Assembly: GCF_009914755.1 (NCBI RefSeq)
Contig: NC_060926.1
Source: the human T2T-CHM13v2.0 reference genome, Homo sapiens
DNA length: 64,000 nt
Reading direction: 5' to 3' (one strand)
Position numbers and translations under genes: made by a program
Shown: positions 60,581-64,000 of the stretch, piece by piece
How positions within the stretch are numbered: position 1 is the first letter of the stretch
Layout of the letters: the number at the start of each line of letters is the position of its first letter
The notes under the pieces: model-generated
Database searches by the model: none
What the model was told of the DNA's origin: nothing
Seen by the model: only the letters and a program-made list of their open reading frames with translations

Positions 60581-60986
60581 CTACCAGATTTCAGGCTTCC
60601 TGAGAGCACAGTCCATGCATTTTAGCATTCCCCATTTTGCATCTAGTCAGTATTCTGCATGTGTTGAATTGATGAGGAAATAAACTTTTTAAATGACCAA
60701 ATTTTCTGCAATAAGAAGCTCCATATTTTATAATAATTTATAATTTGCTTTAAGTAGCTTTAGCTGCTTTGAGATAGAACCCTGAGCTAAGTTGGGTTTA
60801 ATGTTCTTAAAAGTCATTGTTTCTGAATTATTTACCAACAGTCTCATTAGAATGAGCACGGGAAGCCAAATGCTGAACTGGGTATTTTTTTTTTCCTCCC
60901 TAAGTTTCTTTTCTAAATCAGGTCACGGAAAATGGATGCTATTTCTTTAAATAATATAACCAAGCTGATCCCTGGATTACAATTAG

Positions 60987-60996
60987 GTTACGTAAC
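60987..60996. promoter_or_regulatory. Perfect PAR-bZIP/NFIL3 (D-box) palindrome GTTACGTAAC
   Basis: Exact match to RTTAYGTAAY. Confidence 0.45.
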
Positions 60997-61674
60997 TTGC
61001 TTATGAGCTGCTTTTCATTAAAACTTGCAGTGGGCAATGGGGCTTTACGTTTCAGAGCAAAGCCGGGGAGAACAATCCTGCCGAAAGCCAGAACACATGC
61101 GGTGTCAGTGGCAGAGACTGCAAGAATTTCGGCACGAGATTGAGTTCAATGTAGGCGACTCCTTTTCTCTTTAAATCCTTAAAACATCCTTTGTCCTACC
61201 AAACTTGCTGGTTCCAAATACGTCTAAAACGTACATGCTGAGTGCCCACCCCATGAGGGAAGATCGCGTGGCCAGTCCCCAGAAGGCTGAGGAATGAGGA
61301 GCCCTCCAGGGAGAACATTATCAAGTTTCTGCAGAACCATAGCTCAGTTTTATTTCTTGCAGAACACACATTACTAGGAAACATTTTAAAGATGTGGACT
61401 AGGGAGGTAACAAAAACCTAGTTCCAGCCTATAACCATATATTTGCAAATAAGCATTTCATGGGTACGAAAATCAAAGTTTAGGGTGTCAGATCAGGTAG
61501 AAAACAAGAGGCATGGTGTCAAAACCCAAAGAAAAGAAGTCTGAAGAGAGTTGGGATGAGGGTTCATCAAAAAATACAAACATCTGTTCTGAAAAATGGA
61601 GAGAAAGCCAGCTTTCCCTAGAAAGGAAGTTGTTCGTTGCTGTTATACAGGATACTCACCACAGGATGAGAGAC

Positions 61675-62273
61675 TTTTTTTTTTTTTTTTGAGACAGAGT
61701 CTTGCTCTTGTCACCCAGGCTGGAGTGGTGCAGTGCGCAATCTTGGCTCACTGCAACCTCTGCCTCCCGGGTTCAAGCCATTCTCCTGCCTCAGCCTCCT
61801 GAGTAGCTGGGATTACAGGCGTGCGCCACCACGCCTGGCTAATTTTTGTATTTTTAGTAGAGATGGGGTTTCACCATGTTGACCAGGCTGGTCTTGAACT
61901 CCTGACCTCATGATCCCCCCACCTCGGCCTCCCAAAGTGCTGGGATTACAGGTGTGAGCCACCAAACCTAGCCTTTTTTTTTTTTTGAGACAGAGTCTGC
62001 TCTTGTCGCCCAAGCTGGAGTGTAGTGGCATGATCTCAGCTCATTGCAACCTCTGCCTCCCGGTTCAAGTGACTCTCATGCCTCAGCCTCCTGAGTAGCT
62101 GGGATTATAGGTGCATACCACGCTGCCTGGCTAATTTTTGTATTTTTAGTAGAGATGGGGGGGGGGGTTTCACCATGTTGGCCAGGCTGGTCTTGTACCC
62201 CTGAACTCAAGTGATCCGTCTGCCTCAGCCTCCAAAGTGCTGGGATTACAGGTGTGAGCCACTGTGCCTGGCC
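61675..62273 (-). mobile_element. Two tandem AluS copies within the pseudogene, shared TSD CAGGATGAGAG
   Basis: 61675-61973 and 61974-62273; TSD at 61662 and 62273. Confidence 0.93.
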
Positions 62274-62317
62274 AGGATGAGAGCATTTTTGATACTCATA
62301 TTAAGACTGCCTCCTAG

Positions 62318-62688
<371 letters not shown>

Positions 62689-63849
62689 GACAAAACACTC
62701 TTGACAATAAATTAATGGGGGAGAGCTCTGCTGGAGATTGAAGCAGAACAGGACCATGAGAAGAAAGGACAGTTTAATGCCAAAATTCTACCAAATACAA
62801 AATTCTTTTTTGAAATGGAATGATTGCATAGCGATAAAAATAGCAATCAGGAACAATTAAATGAACTTGGAGCCCTTCATGTACTTGAAGAAACACCTGT
62901 AATTTACTATATGGGAACAGCCAAAAGGATAATTATTTAAGCAGCTAAATTAAGGCTTGTTTCTTAACTTTTGATAAATGTGATCTCTTACAAATTCTCA
63001 AAGTAGAGAAGGATATTTTATTATACAGCTGTCTAAAATATTGGTTAAAGAGAACTCTTTTGTTTTAACTTATAGTTAACTTTTTTAAAAAATTATGGTT
63101 AACTTTTAACTTTCAACTACCAATAGTTCATATTTATAGTTGACTTTTGTAAGTTTTTAAACTGAAAAATAAACTTTTAACTATCAATATGACCAATGTA
63201 AATGTGAACTATATGCTTGGATGCAAAGCAGTTCATTAATTCTAATGGTATTGCACATTAATCTTGGCTTCAACACAGTCCAAAACTTGCCTAAGCCCTG
63301 TTGGTTGCTGGGGAGTTTTTGATTCTTGTGTATGTGTCTAATTTACTAATGAACCTTGGTGTCATTTAGGGCTGAACCAAGAGCATCTGAACGGGTCTGG
63401 CCGATCCCAGGCAGCTGGGGAAGGACACCTCGGTGTACTGAGCAGAGCTGGAAGAACACCAGCGCTGGGATGAGTCAGATACTCTCAGAGTGTGTAGTGA
63501 GTCAGAATCAGTGCCCCCACTCCCCTAGCTGTAGCAAAAAAACAAAAAATAAAAAGGAAAAGAAAAAAGGAAGGTATTAAAGGACACACCACAAACCCCC
63601 TCCCCGTGACCCTTCGTACCCTGAGTGTTGTGGACCCTGCCTATTCCAAGGAGGCACAGACCAGAGGCCATAATGTAAGCGATGGCCAGAGGTGAAACCA
63701 GCAAATCCAACCTCAACCCTAACTCTGACATGATGGACAGCAAGAAAGGGGACAGGTGGGCCAGCACCTGTCACTGGGGTGTCATCATCAGTGATGCATC
63801 TTGGGGAATCTGCAAGTGATCTTGGGAGCTGGGAATGCACCAGAATATG

Positions 63850-64000
63850 TGAGCTCTGGTGTCTTAGAGACTTTGGTTTAAATGTAAATCCTTTCTTTGT
63901 CATTAAGTGGGTGTTACTGGGACAAGTCTCTTAAACTCTGAGACACACATCCCTAATCTGAAGGTGATAATGTCCTTTCTCACTAGGTGGTTGGTTTGGT
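63850..64000 (+). mobile_element. MIR fragment
   Basis: GTGTTACTGGGACAAGTCTCTTAAACTCTGAG. Confidence 0.6.

Noticed and set aside
63060-63190. Repeated TATAGTTAACTTTT-like units as the pseudogene's polyA/TSD boundary
   Set aside because: Too degenerate to assign a tail or TSD.

Overview
Primate (very likely human) non-coding genomic DNA, about 64 kb, dominated by interspersed repeats: roughly 70 Alu/FLAM copies (my count, about 30% of the window), old L1M/L2/MIR fragments, several solo LTRs (LOR1-like, LTR9-like, LTR12, MER21, THE1B, MST, MLT1/2) and DNA-transposon fossils (MER1B, MER5, MER33, MER44A, Charlie1). I find no intact protein-coding gene; the ORF track is almost all Alu-derived or low-complexity. 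The one recognisable protein remnant is an old, disabled, intronless FKBP3 (FKBP25) retrocopy at about 61257-63070, interrupted by three Alus. Best second-look items: (i) a ~210-bp locally templated insertion inside a MER1B that preserves the pre-Alu state of its donor 1.1 kb away; (ii) a short SVA2-type VNTR retroposon nested in MER21 nested in MIR; (iii) a full LTR12 inserted into an Alu head and carrying an unusual ~195-bp C-rich expansion; (iv) a ~620-bp almost pure A/T repeat; (v) a trimeric Alu under a single target-site duplication (TSD). All repeat family names come from recall of consensus sequences, not from a search, so subfamily calls and boundaries are approximate. I do not see evidence for a demonstrably new biological system.
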